This document shows, one piece after another, positions 1 to 12,050 of a DNA stretch of 64,000 nucleotides; positions within the stretch are counted from its first letter, which is position 1; each line of letters starts with the position of its first letter. A model generated the notes under the pieces. That model searched no databases and was not told the DNA's origin. It saw only the letters and a program-made list of their open reading frames with translations. The stretch comes from Lama glama. Lineage: Eukaryota. Where the stretch lies: NCBI GenBank assembly GCA_028534125.1, contig CM052816.1, forward strand, positions 30,506,001 through 30,570,000, in the 5' to 3' direction. A program made the translations under genes and the position numbers.

Positions 1-2789
1 ATCATAACAAATAAATTGACATCATTGAGGAAAAACATGTGCATTCCAACGTGGCTAGGAAAACAGAACATAGCTACCAATAATATTAGAAAAGTAGGGT
101 GGGGACAATATTTCAGAAACATCAACAGCAATTTGAAAAATTAATTTTCTTAAAATTAAAAATAACTATAAAAGATTAATTCAGCTACAGTGCATTTGAA
201 ATGCAAAAACACTGTGTCAAGAAGTTTTTTTTAAAAGTGTGTACCAAGTATAAATGCTAATTTTTTTCAATGAGTCTTCAGAGGATAAGAAATTGGTAAC
301 TACCTAGTGGTACCTGAATGCTCATAGAAGAGGTATTATATATTACAGTGCCAAATGGACATTAATAACATTATTCTCATGTTCACTTTTACTGATTCAC
401 TTCTTTTGACTAGATTAAGATTATATAGTGTCCCTCAAAAATGAAAACTTAGATTCATATCAGTATATTTTTGCATGTGTGTGTACACATATACATATAT
501 ACACATATGTATTATATGCATATATTTTGAGCTAGAAAATTATGCCTCTTTACCCTAGGCCTCAGATGTCTAGGACTTATGGGTATACAGGTCAGAAATA
601 CAGTTTTTAAAATTAAACTACTAGAAAGTAATTTACTTTTTATGAGAATTTAGAGAAGCATTTTGTAGTGTATTATTCAATTCATTAATTTATGTTGTAT
701 TTAATTCTAAAAAAGAAACTTAACAATTTGTTATAGAAACCTAACGAAAACCCGGAAATAAGGCACAAAGGGCTTTATGTTCTTTCAATGTCAAACTAGA
801 GTGCTATCTATCAAACTAGGTCATCTGACATTCTAGAGGAATGTGACTTATTTTACTTACTGTTTACTATTAATCAGGACCCAGATTCCGTAAAGTTAGA
901 GATTAACTTGAAGAAAATGGATAATGTGCAAGTTATTTTTGTACAGTGGGAATGCTATTGATTTTTGTCTTATAGAGAAGATAATCTCCAAGGTTATGAT
1001 TTTATAATCATTTCTAAAAAATCTAGCTAAACTCTTTTTCTCCAAATTTTTGTTTTCTCTTATTGTATGTATATCTTTTTGTATTCTCTCTTGAACCATT
1101 TTTGTCATTCCGTGGTTCCACTGTTAATGAGTCAAACAAAACTTTGATACATGCTCACTGTGAATTTATATGACAGTTATGCTTTCAACATTTTGTTCTT
1201 TATCACTCTTATATTTTGTTGATAAGATTTTTAAAAGCTGGTAGAATTTAATGGAATACTTGGTGAGATGTATCATTAGAGGAAAAAAAACCCATAAGGT
1301 GATGTGATATTTGAGGCTCAGGTAAGCTGAGAAAGAGTATCATCTCTGCAGGAAATAGCTTGCAATTCCCCACACACCATCTGTTCATCACAATCAATGC
1401 AATGACCATCAGAAGTAATAGGTGGCAAATCTGTAAACTTCCAATTTAGTAGTGTTTTTAAACCATCATTATCATTAAGGCAAAATTCATTAAATTATCT
1501 GTGGTGCTGAATAGTAAATGGATCAATTTAACAACATGGCTTTTGACTCATGGGAACAGACAAATTAAAATAGATAATAGTGATAAATTCAAGGGCAGAC
1601 GGACATATCTATAAATGGATCACCATGAACAGAGTAAGTGAATATGAACATTTGTTTTAAAAATAAAAGAAAAATGTGAATCTCCTTCAGAAGTTAAGGA
1701 ACAGTATGGTGTTTATTCAATCTTGTGGCTGAATTATAACTTCCAACTCTGCTTTTGAGATTTGATCATGAGAGTTGGCTGTAGACATTTGTGTGTGTGT
1801 GTGTGTTGTTGTGTTTTTTTCACTCTAAGTCATTGGGCCAGTCATCATGGTTGGGAATCTAGTACTGAAAACTGGCTTGGAGAGGGAGAATTCTAAACAC
1901 TCGAAGAGTTGATTTTTGTGCTTAATGAACTTGCCTAAATATGTGTTGTATTCATCAGTCTTGTCTCAGTTATGTTATTTTTCTCTACACATCCTGTTTG
2001 TCAGTAACTGTAAATCCTGCAGCAGCCTTTGAAATACTTATTTTGAAAGGAATATTTGGGTGCTAGGTGGGGTGTTGAGGACAGAGCTGAGAAACGTAAC
2101 TATGACTTCATACTGATAACTCCAGTTTTAATCCAACCCTGTAGACTTCTCCTTACCTTTCCATAATTTATATTTTCCTCTCTTTCTTCCACATTGAAGA
2201 CCATGACTAGAATCTGTAGTGATGTCACTCCTCTCACTCCTGATGTTGCTAACAGGGATCTTTTCTCTTCTTTCATTGTTAATCTGGCTAGGGATTTATT
2301 AATTTATTTGATCTGAAAGAATCAGCTTGTGCCTGCTACAAAGGCTCAAGGCAGGGACAAGATAGAGCAGGAATATGTAAGATGATGCTCTGGGATGTAT
2401 TGATTTTTCTCTTTTACTCATATTTATTTTGATGCTTAGGTATTTTCTATATTCAGTTATGTTGAAGACATTATTTTTGTATAGCATTTTTTTCTTGATT
2501 TTTTTTTGAAGGGATTATTGAAAGATGAGTATCTTGGAGGCCACTGTTATCTTCCAGTATCTGGAAATTCAGAATGTAAAGTTTAGTCTATTAAACCAAT
2601 CTTGGTTTAAGAATATTTTAATATGTATCAGTTTTTGGTTATATTACTACATTGACTTTATTAATGAATGTTTAAAAGGCACTTGAACTATTTCTGTTTC
2701 TTTTTAAAGTCTTAATAATTTAGGAATGATGGGTATCTTTTAACATAATAAATGACATTTATCCCAGAATACTGTCACCATAATATACA

Positions 2790-3460
2790 GTGATCCAAAG
2801 CTCATCTTTCCATTGGTATCAGTAATAACCCAAGTTCATCTGCTATCAAGATTATTAACTAACATTGTTTTAGAAGTTATACAGAAAGCAGTAAGCCAAG
2901 AAACGGTAACAGAGGTATACAAGTTGTAGAAGATGAGAATAAATACATGATTTCAAATAGTATTTAAATATAATTAAGAATCAATCACTTAAGTGTCTAG
3001 TGCAGTAGAGACAGTATACAGATATTTCAGACTTTGTTAAAATAGTAATAACGTCCTAGAAAATTATTGAAAAAAAAGTCCATTCACAATAGCAAAACTA
3101 AATTATGTGTATTTCAAAGAAGACAGACATAAATTATAACAAAATAATATGACAAAAACTGAAAACTTAGTAAGAAAAAAAAAGAAAATGAAATTTATAT
3201 CAAAGTTGAAGACTCAGTATTGTAATACTATAAATCCTTCCTCATTAAATTTGAAATCATTTTGATAAGTTAAATTAAAAACAAAAAATTAATTTTGCTC
3301 AATATTGCTTTATATAGTTCATTTATTAGAATAAGTATCATTTTGGAAAAAAGTTTATAATGGGAAATACAATACCAGAGTTTAAAATATACTAGTTAAA
3401 AACAGTCTGCAATTGGAGCAAGATTAGTCTAATTGTGCACACATGAGAAAATAGCTCTTG
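2790..3460 (+). mobile_element. Highly degraded ancient L1 (L1M-type) ORF2 fragment
   Basis: A-rich sequence resembling L1 RT-region motifs (aacattgttttagaagtt...gcagtaagccaagaaa; ccattcacaatagcaaaa; gaagactcagtattgtaa). Boundaries approximate. Confidence 0.6.
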
Positions 3461-4299
3461 CCAAGTAAAAATATTTTGTTTGCAAAATATTTAATGTGCT
3501 ATGAAATGATCAATATTTTTCCATTGTTTACATATAGTATTTGTTGAGAAATTAGTGTGAATGGTATTAATTTAACTATCTTTAGAAATGATATGTGCAT
3601 TCAAAAAGAACTTTAGGCATACTTTTATATTTTCTAAATTTTATATAGTGAAATTTTAAAAAATTAAGTGTTTTACCTAATGATTTAAAGACTTTCTATT
3701 CTTTGCCTCATGATATTATTATCAGATGTTTCCTATTAGTAATGAGAGGTGTTCACAAGGATTTATTTTATGTGTATTAATTACAGTTTTACTTACAACT
3801 AGTAATATCATTATGTTGGAAAAATGAGGGTTACTAAATTAACTTACATGCTTATATAACATTAAATGATACTACCTTTTAAAATAAAATTCCAAAGTTG
3901 ACATAATGGCAATTTCAAAATATTGAGTGAGAAGGCAGTATACGTCAATATATTATAGGTAATTACAGTAAATATAACTGAAAGGACAAAACAAACTACA
4001 CACACACTGAGTGTAGTTCTCTCTGCATGGTTGTATTACAGGTGATTAAAAGACAACTTTCTGTATGAAACACGCTAAAATAAACTGTATAATGTATTTT
4101 CAGAAATATACCAAATAGATGGTATTTTATTCAATAGAATGATAAATCAATAATATCAAATGCTACATACACTTTAGTGAGGAAGAGGTTGAAATATATC
4201 AACTAGAACTTGATAAAGAGAAGGCTGGAGAGACCTTTTACATGGAAGTCTTCTGGCAGACATAGCATGTCAGTAAATAGGTGAGCAGCGAGTGAGTAT

Positions 4300-4720
4300 T
4301 AAGGGGGCAGTCTACTCTTTTAAGAAATTCAGCAGTAAAGGAAAGGAATGTTAGGGCAATGGTGGGAAACATAGGATGATAATAAAGAAGAATTTTGAGC
4401 GTAGTTGAAATACCAATGCAAAGACGCATGGAAGCAGAGAAGAGAAGAGAACAGGGGAGAGGCCAGGTGATGGATGAAATGACGTTCTTGAGGCAAAAGA
4501 AGAAAATAATTCGGATGCAGAATATAGATGAAAGAATCAGATAAGATGTTGGATATCTGTGTCATAGTTCCTGAAGGAAGGGATAAAAGACAGAAAAAGA
4601 CTTGAATAAATATTGAGGTTGGGGCCAAAATATGGGGAATATGTTTCTGACATTTGTGATTTTCTTTATGAAATAAGAGTAGCAGCCTTGTGTAAAAGAT
4701 AAACCATCTTCCCACTAATT
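4300..4720 (-). mobile_element. L2 LINE fragment
   Basis: Purine-rich antisense L2-like sequence (ctactcttttaagaaattcagcagtaaaggaaagga...). Boundaries approximate. Confidence 0.5.
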
Positions 4721-5009
4721 TGTGATGCTACAAATAAATAAACTCATATTCGTACTCTTAAAGAAAAATATCCATTCATATTTATTAGTATTTCCAGAGA
4801 ACTTAGGTAGCATGTTGTGTTATAAATACACAAGGGAAATCTTCTATGTGTTGGTGATTGGCCTAATAACAACACCTTTCAAGACATTAAATCATAATCT
4901 TGAATTTAGAAGTTTAAGGCATGTAGAAGTTTTCTCTTTTTTTTGGACCTACAACAAGTTCCATGACCACCTCTTACTCAGCACTATGGAAATACACATT
5001 TCCCAGTTA

Positions 5010-5600
5010 CTGGTTTGATAATAAGATGTTTGAAAATGCCAACTATTGATAAGGTTTTAAGAGAGGAAAGCTACTGCATATTGCTATTTTAAGTCTAATT
5101 AATGTAACTACTCTGAAAAATAATTTGAAATTCCGAATAAAGTTAAAGACAACACTTTTGAATTCTATCTCGCATAAACTTTCATGTGTACAAGGAAATA
5201 GGAATTAAGATGGGTCATTATAGCACTGTTAGATTAGCAAAGAAATGGAAATAACTTTGTTTCCTATTAACAGGAGAATGGAGGAACTGTGGTTTGTTTA
5301 CTTGATGAATTGTTATAGAAATATAAAGATGAATTTATTACAGAAAAATAGTTGACAAGTGTGTATATTAAACAAAAAATGAAATTGTAAAACGATACAC
5401 ATAGTATGATATAACCAATATCTTATTGATTACTATAAACATCTATTGAAAAAAATATAAAAATATATAGACACTTTAGAGAACAACTTTAGGGGTGTAG
5501 GTACCAATTGGCAGAAAGGGAGAAATGATAAGGAGTGGAGATATAGCTGCATCTGAAACCTTTTTCAATTAGAAATTTCTTAAAATTTAAAAAATAATTA
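5010..5600 (+). mobile_element. Ancient L1 (L1ME-like) 3' fragment
   Basis: Degraded ORF2 C-terminus and 3' UTR motifs (tagcactgttagattagcaaagaaatggaaataac...aacaggagaatgga). Confidence 0.55.
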
Positions 5601-6047
5601 AAAATGTATTTGTGTAAGTCGAATACAGGTATTAATCAAATGCACAAATTTGCCTCTGTGACTGCCTATGGTGAAGACAGATGAGTTTAAACTAAAATTG
5701 TCATTCAGTAATTGGGGACTTAATTAATGTGTAATATAAATTATCCTTGTATGTAAGATTAAGTATTTATAAAGCATTTGAGAAGGTAAATAAGGCAGCC
5801 CAGCAGTCAGATAGGAGAAAATAAACTTCATACAAGATCTGTCAAAGAACTCAGGGATTGTCCCTCACCTCAGAGTTAGGGTTTTGAAATTCAAACTTAA
5901 CACAAATGCTTAAGAATCTGCTGTTGAAATGAAAATGAAATATTTTTGTGTTGCTATAAAGTATTATATGAGGACTGCTTATTGTTTATTATAGACAGTT
6001 ATAACCTCAAGGAACAACTGCTTAATAATGTGGAGACACATCTATTT

Positions 6048-6225
6048 TTTGTAATTGAAGTACAGTCAGTTACAATGTGTCAATTTCTGGTGTACAGCAC
6101 AATGTCCCATTCATGCATATATGTACATATATTCGTTTTCATATTCTTTTTCATTAAAGGTTACTACAAGATACTGAACATAGTTCCCTGTGCTTTACAG
6201 CAGAAACTTGTTTTTTTTAATTGAT
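6048..6225 (-). mobile_element. Very short 5'-truncated L1 3' end with TSD
   Basis: L1 3' UTR antisense (attgaagtacagtcagttacaatgtgtcaatttctggtgtacagc). 15-bp TSD gagac/tacatctattt at 6033-6047 and 6226-6240, 1 mismatch. Confidence 0.85.
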
Positions 6226-6524
6226 GAGATACATCTATTTGAATGAATCCCAGTAATGGAGAATTTTATACCTCCTGAAAAAGAAATCAACTCAGTTGTG
6301 CAGTATTTGAAGCCAGAATTTAGAATTTTATAGAAAATGTAAATAATCAGTTCCCCCAACTCAACGATTTCAAGATGCTTTTCCCTGAGGTTTATAAGCA
6401 TGTGGCCAGATTCAGTGAATATGAAGACTGTAGTTTAGATTTAAAAGAATAGAAGGAAGAAGGAGAGGCAGGGAGGGAGAATGGAAGAAAGGATTCTGTT
6501 ACTTTTATGTTAAAAGAAAGTGGT

Positions 6525-6660
6525 GTTCTGAGGTCCTGGTAAGTTCTGTTTCTTGAATTGAGTGGGCTTTCACAGATGTGCTCAATTTGTGATAATGCAT
6601 TGAACTGTCTCTTTATGATTTGTGCACTTTTTTGTATTTATACCATACTTCAATAAAAAA
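6525..6660 (+). mobile_element. L1ME-like terminal 3' UTR fragment
   Basis: gttctgtttcttgaattgagtggg...ttatgatttgtgcacttttttgtatttataccatacttcaataaaaaa matches the old L1 terminus pattern. Confidence 0.7.
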
Positions 6661-7679
6661 GAACTCTGTGGAATTTAAATTTTGCAAGTTCAGGGTCAAA
6701 TTGCAGGTCAAAGTGAAGTAGATGATGTAGATCTTTTGTGTAATACTACAGGTGTGAAAAGTACCATGACCTCAAAAGTCATTAAATCTCATTTCCACTC
6801 TTTGAGATTCATAGATGAAAAGCCCAACATGAGTAAGATAATGAGTCTGTAAAGCTTCTCTGGGGGCTTAATGAACTCAAGGAGAGAAAGGACACTTCAG
6901 AGTTTCTATTACTAAAATATTAATGCCAATATTTAATCAAGCACAGCAGCTTTTTTTTCCCCATAGATTCCAGGTTGTATTGATCATGGTGATGAGATAA
7001 CTTTCCATTATTATTTGGATGCATCTTGTACATGTGTTGCCCAAAAGTATTCACTTCTTGAGTCCGAGTACACATGGAACAATATGGAAATGAGAGCTAC
7101 AGTATGGAAATGAAGGTTATTGTACTTTCAGATATGCAGCTCGAATAGAGCTACAGAAGTCCACATAAAAGTTTTGGATATGAACTAATAACTACAATTA
7201 CCAGCTTGATGCCTTTTGTGAAAGGCTTTATGAATTTTCATTTTATCTCCTTTCAGAACCACTTACCTTAAATATAACTTAAATTACAGCCTGCTGTGAT
7301 GTATCACAGCCATTTCCTGGGGCATATCCCCAGCTTGCTTTTAATGGAGGGTATGGGAGAAATTATTTTCTTTATAATTTACACCGACTTCTACCAGGAG
7401 TGTGGTTGGATAATCGTAGAAGCGATTTGTGCAATGAATTTATGTAACTGGTGTCTTAGCAGAACTCTTTTTAAAATGATTTTTGTTTTGTTTTTTGAGA
7501 CATCTTGATTCCTTAGTCAATCAGACTTTTATCTAACGAAGTCATATATTTTTGTCAAGACTTTTTAATAGACCAAATTACAGAAATAGGGAATTTAAAA
7601 TTATAAAAAACTGTGCTCTTTTCTTTTTTAATAGTTTTTCTTCTATTATTATTTCAGAGACATATATTCATTCCTGCTG

Positions 7680-7820
7680 AAATAATAATGAAAACAACAG
7701 TTAACATTTGTTTTGCACTTTACAAACATAGTCACAACAATCTTATAAGGCAGTTTGATTCATTTGTCCTTTTTTATGGAGTTGTAAATTGAGAATTCAG
7801 GTAGGTAAGTAACTTTGTAG
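7680..7820 (-). mobile_element. MIR SINE fragment
   Basis: aacagttaacatttg...tcacaacaatcttataaggcag...aaattgagaattcaggtaggtaagtaacttt; antisense MIR core. Confidence 0.65.
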
Positions 7821-8029
7821 CCCCACAAACAAAGCCCCTTCTACTGTGGGCTACTCCCCGACACCTCCATCTTCATATTTTCTCTTGGGAAATGGCATAT
7901 TTAGCTTCTTAACCCATAGGTTTCAATCCTAGGGACATCTGTAATTATTTCTTGCTCAGACTCCATTCACCTATTTTAGCTATACAAAGATTATTAAAAA
8001 CAATATAATAATAAAAAATAAAAACAAAG

Positions 8030-8600
8030 AAATAATAGATATACTAGAAAAACCCACAAATCTTATAATGGGAAAAGCTTTTCTAACATAAAATATTTAA
8101 TTATAAATGAAAAGACTAATAAAAGTTTGACTGTAATACTTTTTAAAAAGAAATGAATATATTTTTGTATAGCAAAAACACCAAAAGTCAAGAAAAAGAT
8201 AAACAAGGAGATTACTAGCAAAAAGTAAAAATCTAATTGTATTGGTAAAAAATAAACCCTCAAAATCAAATAAACAAAGACAAATATTATAATAAAAAGA
8301 GTTAAAGGACATGTACTAGACTGTTAAGAGGAATTAAGAATAGCCAACCTAAATGAAAAAGAAGTGTTTAATATCACAAATAAAGAAATAAAATGAGATC
8401 TTGGGTTTCATTTACCATATAGAATTTTTTTAAATGATGAAACAATTTTTGGGGAAAAGTGAGGAGGAAGAAGAGGCAATACTGATTAAGCATAATTTGG
8501 CAATATTTCAGAATTAGATTCAAATGTTCCTGTTGTTTGTCTTACCGATTTCAATTCTAGGGAGTGTATCCAAGGGAAAATCATGTGTCTGACAGTAAGA
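8030..8600 (+). mobile_element. Degraded L1M ORF2 3' fragment
   Basis: A-rich, with L1-like motifs (gggaaaagcttttctaaca; atttcaattctagggagtgtatccaagggaaa). Confidence 0.55.
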
Positions 8601-8689
8601 TGTCTAAGAGACAGTCAGCTGTTATAAACAACAGCCATGATATATGTAACAGAGGAGGGGTAACAACTACCCAAGTGTGTAATAGTTGT

Positions 8690-9107
8690 GAAATGAAAAC
8701 AAAGACAAACACCTCCTACCACGGTTTACAAGACTGTGTGTTCCGCACATGTTGATTGCTTCTGCTTTATGTCACTGTCCACTCTCCACTATCCTGTCAA
8801 ATTTTATGTCCTTTTATTTCCCCTGAGGTGCTATTTATTTTTTCCATTCAATCCAATATTCTTATCTCTTTGCCTGGTAAACTCTACTTCATTCACTTCT
8901 CACCACCGTCTATCCCATGCCCATCTCTCCTGAGCTTCCATGGTAACTTAGGAATGCTCATTTCCCTTCTCATTCCGTTTTTCTGTCTTGTATTTAATGT
9001 TCAATGAAGGCAAAGACTATCAGACTTCCTTTGCTCTATCCCTAATATGTGCCATGACTAGCATTTGTTAGGCACTTAATAAATTCTTACTGAATTAACT
9101 AATGAAT
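8690..9107 (+). mobile_element. L2 3' fragment
   Basis: Ends in an L2 tail: ggcacttaataaattcttactgaattaactaatgaat. Confidence 0.65.
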
Positions 9108-9850
9108 TATTTTGTGTCTATACCATAGGTACAATCCATCCATTACAATGTTGTTGTAGCATATTTGATGACTTAAAAATAGTTCCTGACACAGAACTAA
9201 CCAAAAGCAATTATCCAGTCACGTACTACATCTAATTCTCAACTCTCAAGCACACTCCCTGCCTTGAGACCAACAGGATTCACTGATTATGTCCACAGGA
9301 TGCTGGTTGTGTCAGTGGTTGCAAGAAGCTCAAGACTTCCAGGTATTTCATTATAGTCTTCATTCTACCTTATGTAAGGCTGTGAATAGTCCTTTTTTTC
9401 TGCTCCTCATCTCCCTCCTTTCTCTAATTCTTTCTGTCCTTTTACTGTATTCTGTAAAAGCAACCATCAGTCGTTAGTGAACACCTCCTTAATCTCAGTG
9501 TTTTCTCTTCTTTCTCTAATGAAAACCCAACTTTTCGTAAATTAACTCTTCTGCTGATGTCCTCTCAAGTGGTGGCTCTTTTCTTTTCTCCCACATCTCT
9601 CATACTTCTGGAGTTGAAGTAGAACAGATAGCTTCCTTGTTCCTCATTACTATTTCCAGAGTATCCTGCCTCCCTCCTTTCTTCCAAAAAACTAGCTCTG
9701 AATATCATGTCACCAGACCATACAATCCAATAAACCTCAATCACCTACCAACCCCTAGGTGATACGCATCTCAGACTTTGAAGATGTTATCTCCTGGCTC
9801 TCTCCAGTGCCACTCCAATCCTATGATCATAATATAGATGATATATAACT

Positions 9851-9899
9851 TTTGATGTAACACTTTGTAACACTTTGTAACACTTTGATGTAACACTTT
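9851..9899. repeat. Short tandem repeat (GTAACACTTT)n, about 4 units
   Basis: tttgatgtaacactttgtaacactttgtaacactttgatgtaacacttt read directly. Confidence 0.9.
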
Positions 9900-10812
9900 T
9901 TTCTCAGTTTTAATCTGCCTGTTTGCCTGATACCTCTCATTTTTCCAGCTCACTTACTTTTCCCCATTTCATCAATTTGTTGACCACACAAATTACAACT
10001 GCAATTTCTCCATCAAGTTCTTTCCTTACACAGCTTAAATTCTATAACTCTTCATTATAGTTGCTTTCTTGTATGAAAGTAAAATTTCTTACTCATTACT
10101 CTTTTATTGTATTTGTCTAGCAAGTGTCCACTTACAGTTAAATCCAACTGCAACAATCTGGAAGAGCAAACCCTACAATACAATGCTGATATTGTTTCAT
10201 TTTAAATTCATGGTTAATCTTAAATGGGCTTTTATTAGTGTGTGGAGACCTTACCCTAGTCATCATCCCTCTGCTATCCTAGATGACGGCTCCTATTTAT
10301 TTTCTGTCTTCTCAGACATTCTCAGCACCTTACTCACTCTCACCCTCTGGCCCATGAGGAGAAAACTGAAAAAAGCGGAATCAGAAGAGATCTTCTCCTT
10401 TTGCCCACCACCTACCTGCATCTGTATATTCTGCTTTTCTTCCTATTAGTATGGATTTTCTGTTTTCCTGTCTGAGGCCAGCCACTCCACTTGTGTACCA
10501 GATACAGCCCCTCTCACCTTTTCACTGCAGCATTTCTCCTTTCTCTTCTGCATCATATTTTCCCCCTCTCTATCAGATTATTCCTAGCAGCCTAGCGAAA
10601 AATGCTATCGTTTTCCCACCTAAGAAAGAGTCCTCCACTGATCTCACGGTCCCCTCCAGCTACCAGCCTGCTTCTCTGCTCTACTTGACAGCAAAACGTT
10701 TCTAAAGGAAGCCTGCCTCACTCCTCTAAGTCCTGCTTTCCATTATTACTGGATACCATTCTAACTAGGTTTTTGCCACATCGTTCCATAAAACGACTCG
10801 TAAGATCCTCAG

Positions 10813-10945
10813 TAGCGTGGTGGCCCGGTTCTGAGCCTGGGTATCTTTGAGAGTGAAAGGGAGCGGGGATGATTAGTACACTGAGGACTGAGACACTGGG
10901 CATGAGGCAGGACTGCCTCAGGCAAGTCGGATGCATGGTCTTCCT
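10813..10945 (+). mobile_element. MER94-like hAT (Blackjack) non-autonomous element nested in L2
   Basis: tttgagagtgaaagggagcg...ggactgcctcaggcaagtcggatgcatggtcttcct matches the recalled MER94 consensus; GC-rich island interrupting L2. Confidence 0.65.
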
Positions 10946-12028
10946 GCCACTGGTTGTGTGTTAGCTGAATTCAGATGCCTAGCCTTAAGTCTCGTCTTCC
11001 TTGATCTTTATGTGGCATTCATTAGTACCTTCTGTATGAAATACTGAATACTTACGACTTCTAGGTCAGCAAACAATATTGGTTTTGCTCTTAACTCACT
11101 CACTAATCTTTTTCAGTCTCCTTTGCGGGTATTTCCTCACATGCACAACCTCCAGATTGTGGAGTTTGCCAGGGCTCAGCCCCTAACCTGTTTTTTTTTT
11201 CCCCCTTCTTATTTTTTTCTGTGGTATTCACCCACTTGACTATCAATTAATTATTGGCAATTGTACATCTTTATTCTAAAGGCTCCACTGAAATCCAAAC
11301 TTATCCAAGTTCCTACTCAATATCTACATTTGGATGTAGTGGTAACGTCTTCCTTCCAATGATTGGATTTGTTCTTGATTATACTTTCTCTTATCTATGC
11401 CCCAATGCATTTCTACTCTCTGTACTGCTATCACCCTGGTTTAAGCCATCATTTTCTCTCACCTGGATTATTCTAACAGCTTCCTTACTAATTCCCTTGT
11501 TTCTTCCCTCAAGCTTTTCCCCCATGCCCCACATACACGATCTATTCCCAACAGAGCATACAAGATGATCATTGGCCATTATAAACCATAGCTTACCACT
11601 CTTCTGTTGAAATGTCTGTCATGGTGAACCATTCCATTCATTTGTCAAAGTGCACATCCTTTAGTGGCCTGTAAAACCCAACATTATCACACCCCACTCA
11701 ATCTCCTACTCTTTTCTTCCTCATCTATTCTGCTCCTGTCCCACTGGCTGTAATGGCTTTCTTCCTAAGTATTCATGGCATTCACTTGCTTCCTGAAATG
11801 CTCTTCCCCCAAACTTCTGTGTGATGGTCTCCTTTGCCTTCTTTAAGACTTTCCTAACATGCCCTTGATAGTGTAGCTTCCCTGATGGACTTATTTTAAA
11901 TTGCAACCCCTCCCCACAGTCTCTTGTTGCCTCTCCGTTCTTCTACAGTGCATTATATTCTTCGTGGCACTTACGACTGCACAGCATAGAGCAGTTTTAT
12001 GATGCTCTATCTGTCCATCTGTCTATCT

Positions 12029-12050
12029 CACACACACACACACACACACA
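12029..12050. repeat. (CA)n microsatellite
   Basis: Direct reading. Confidence 0.95.
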
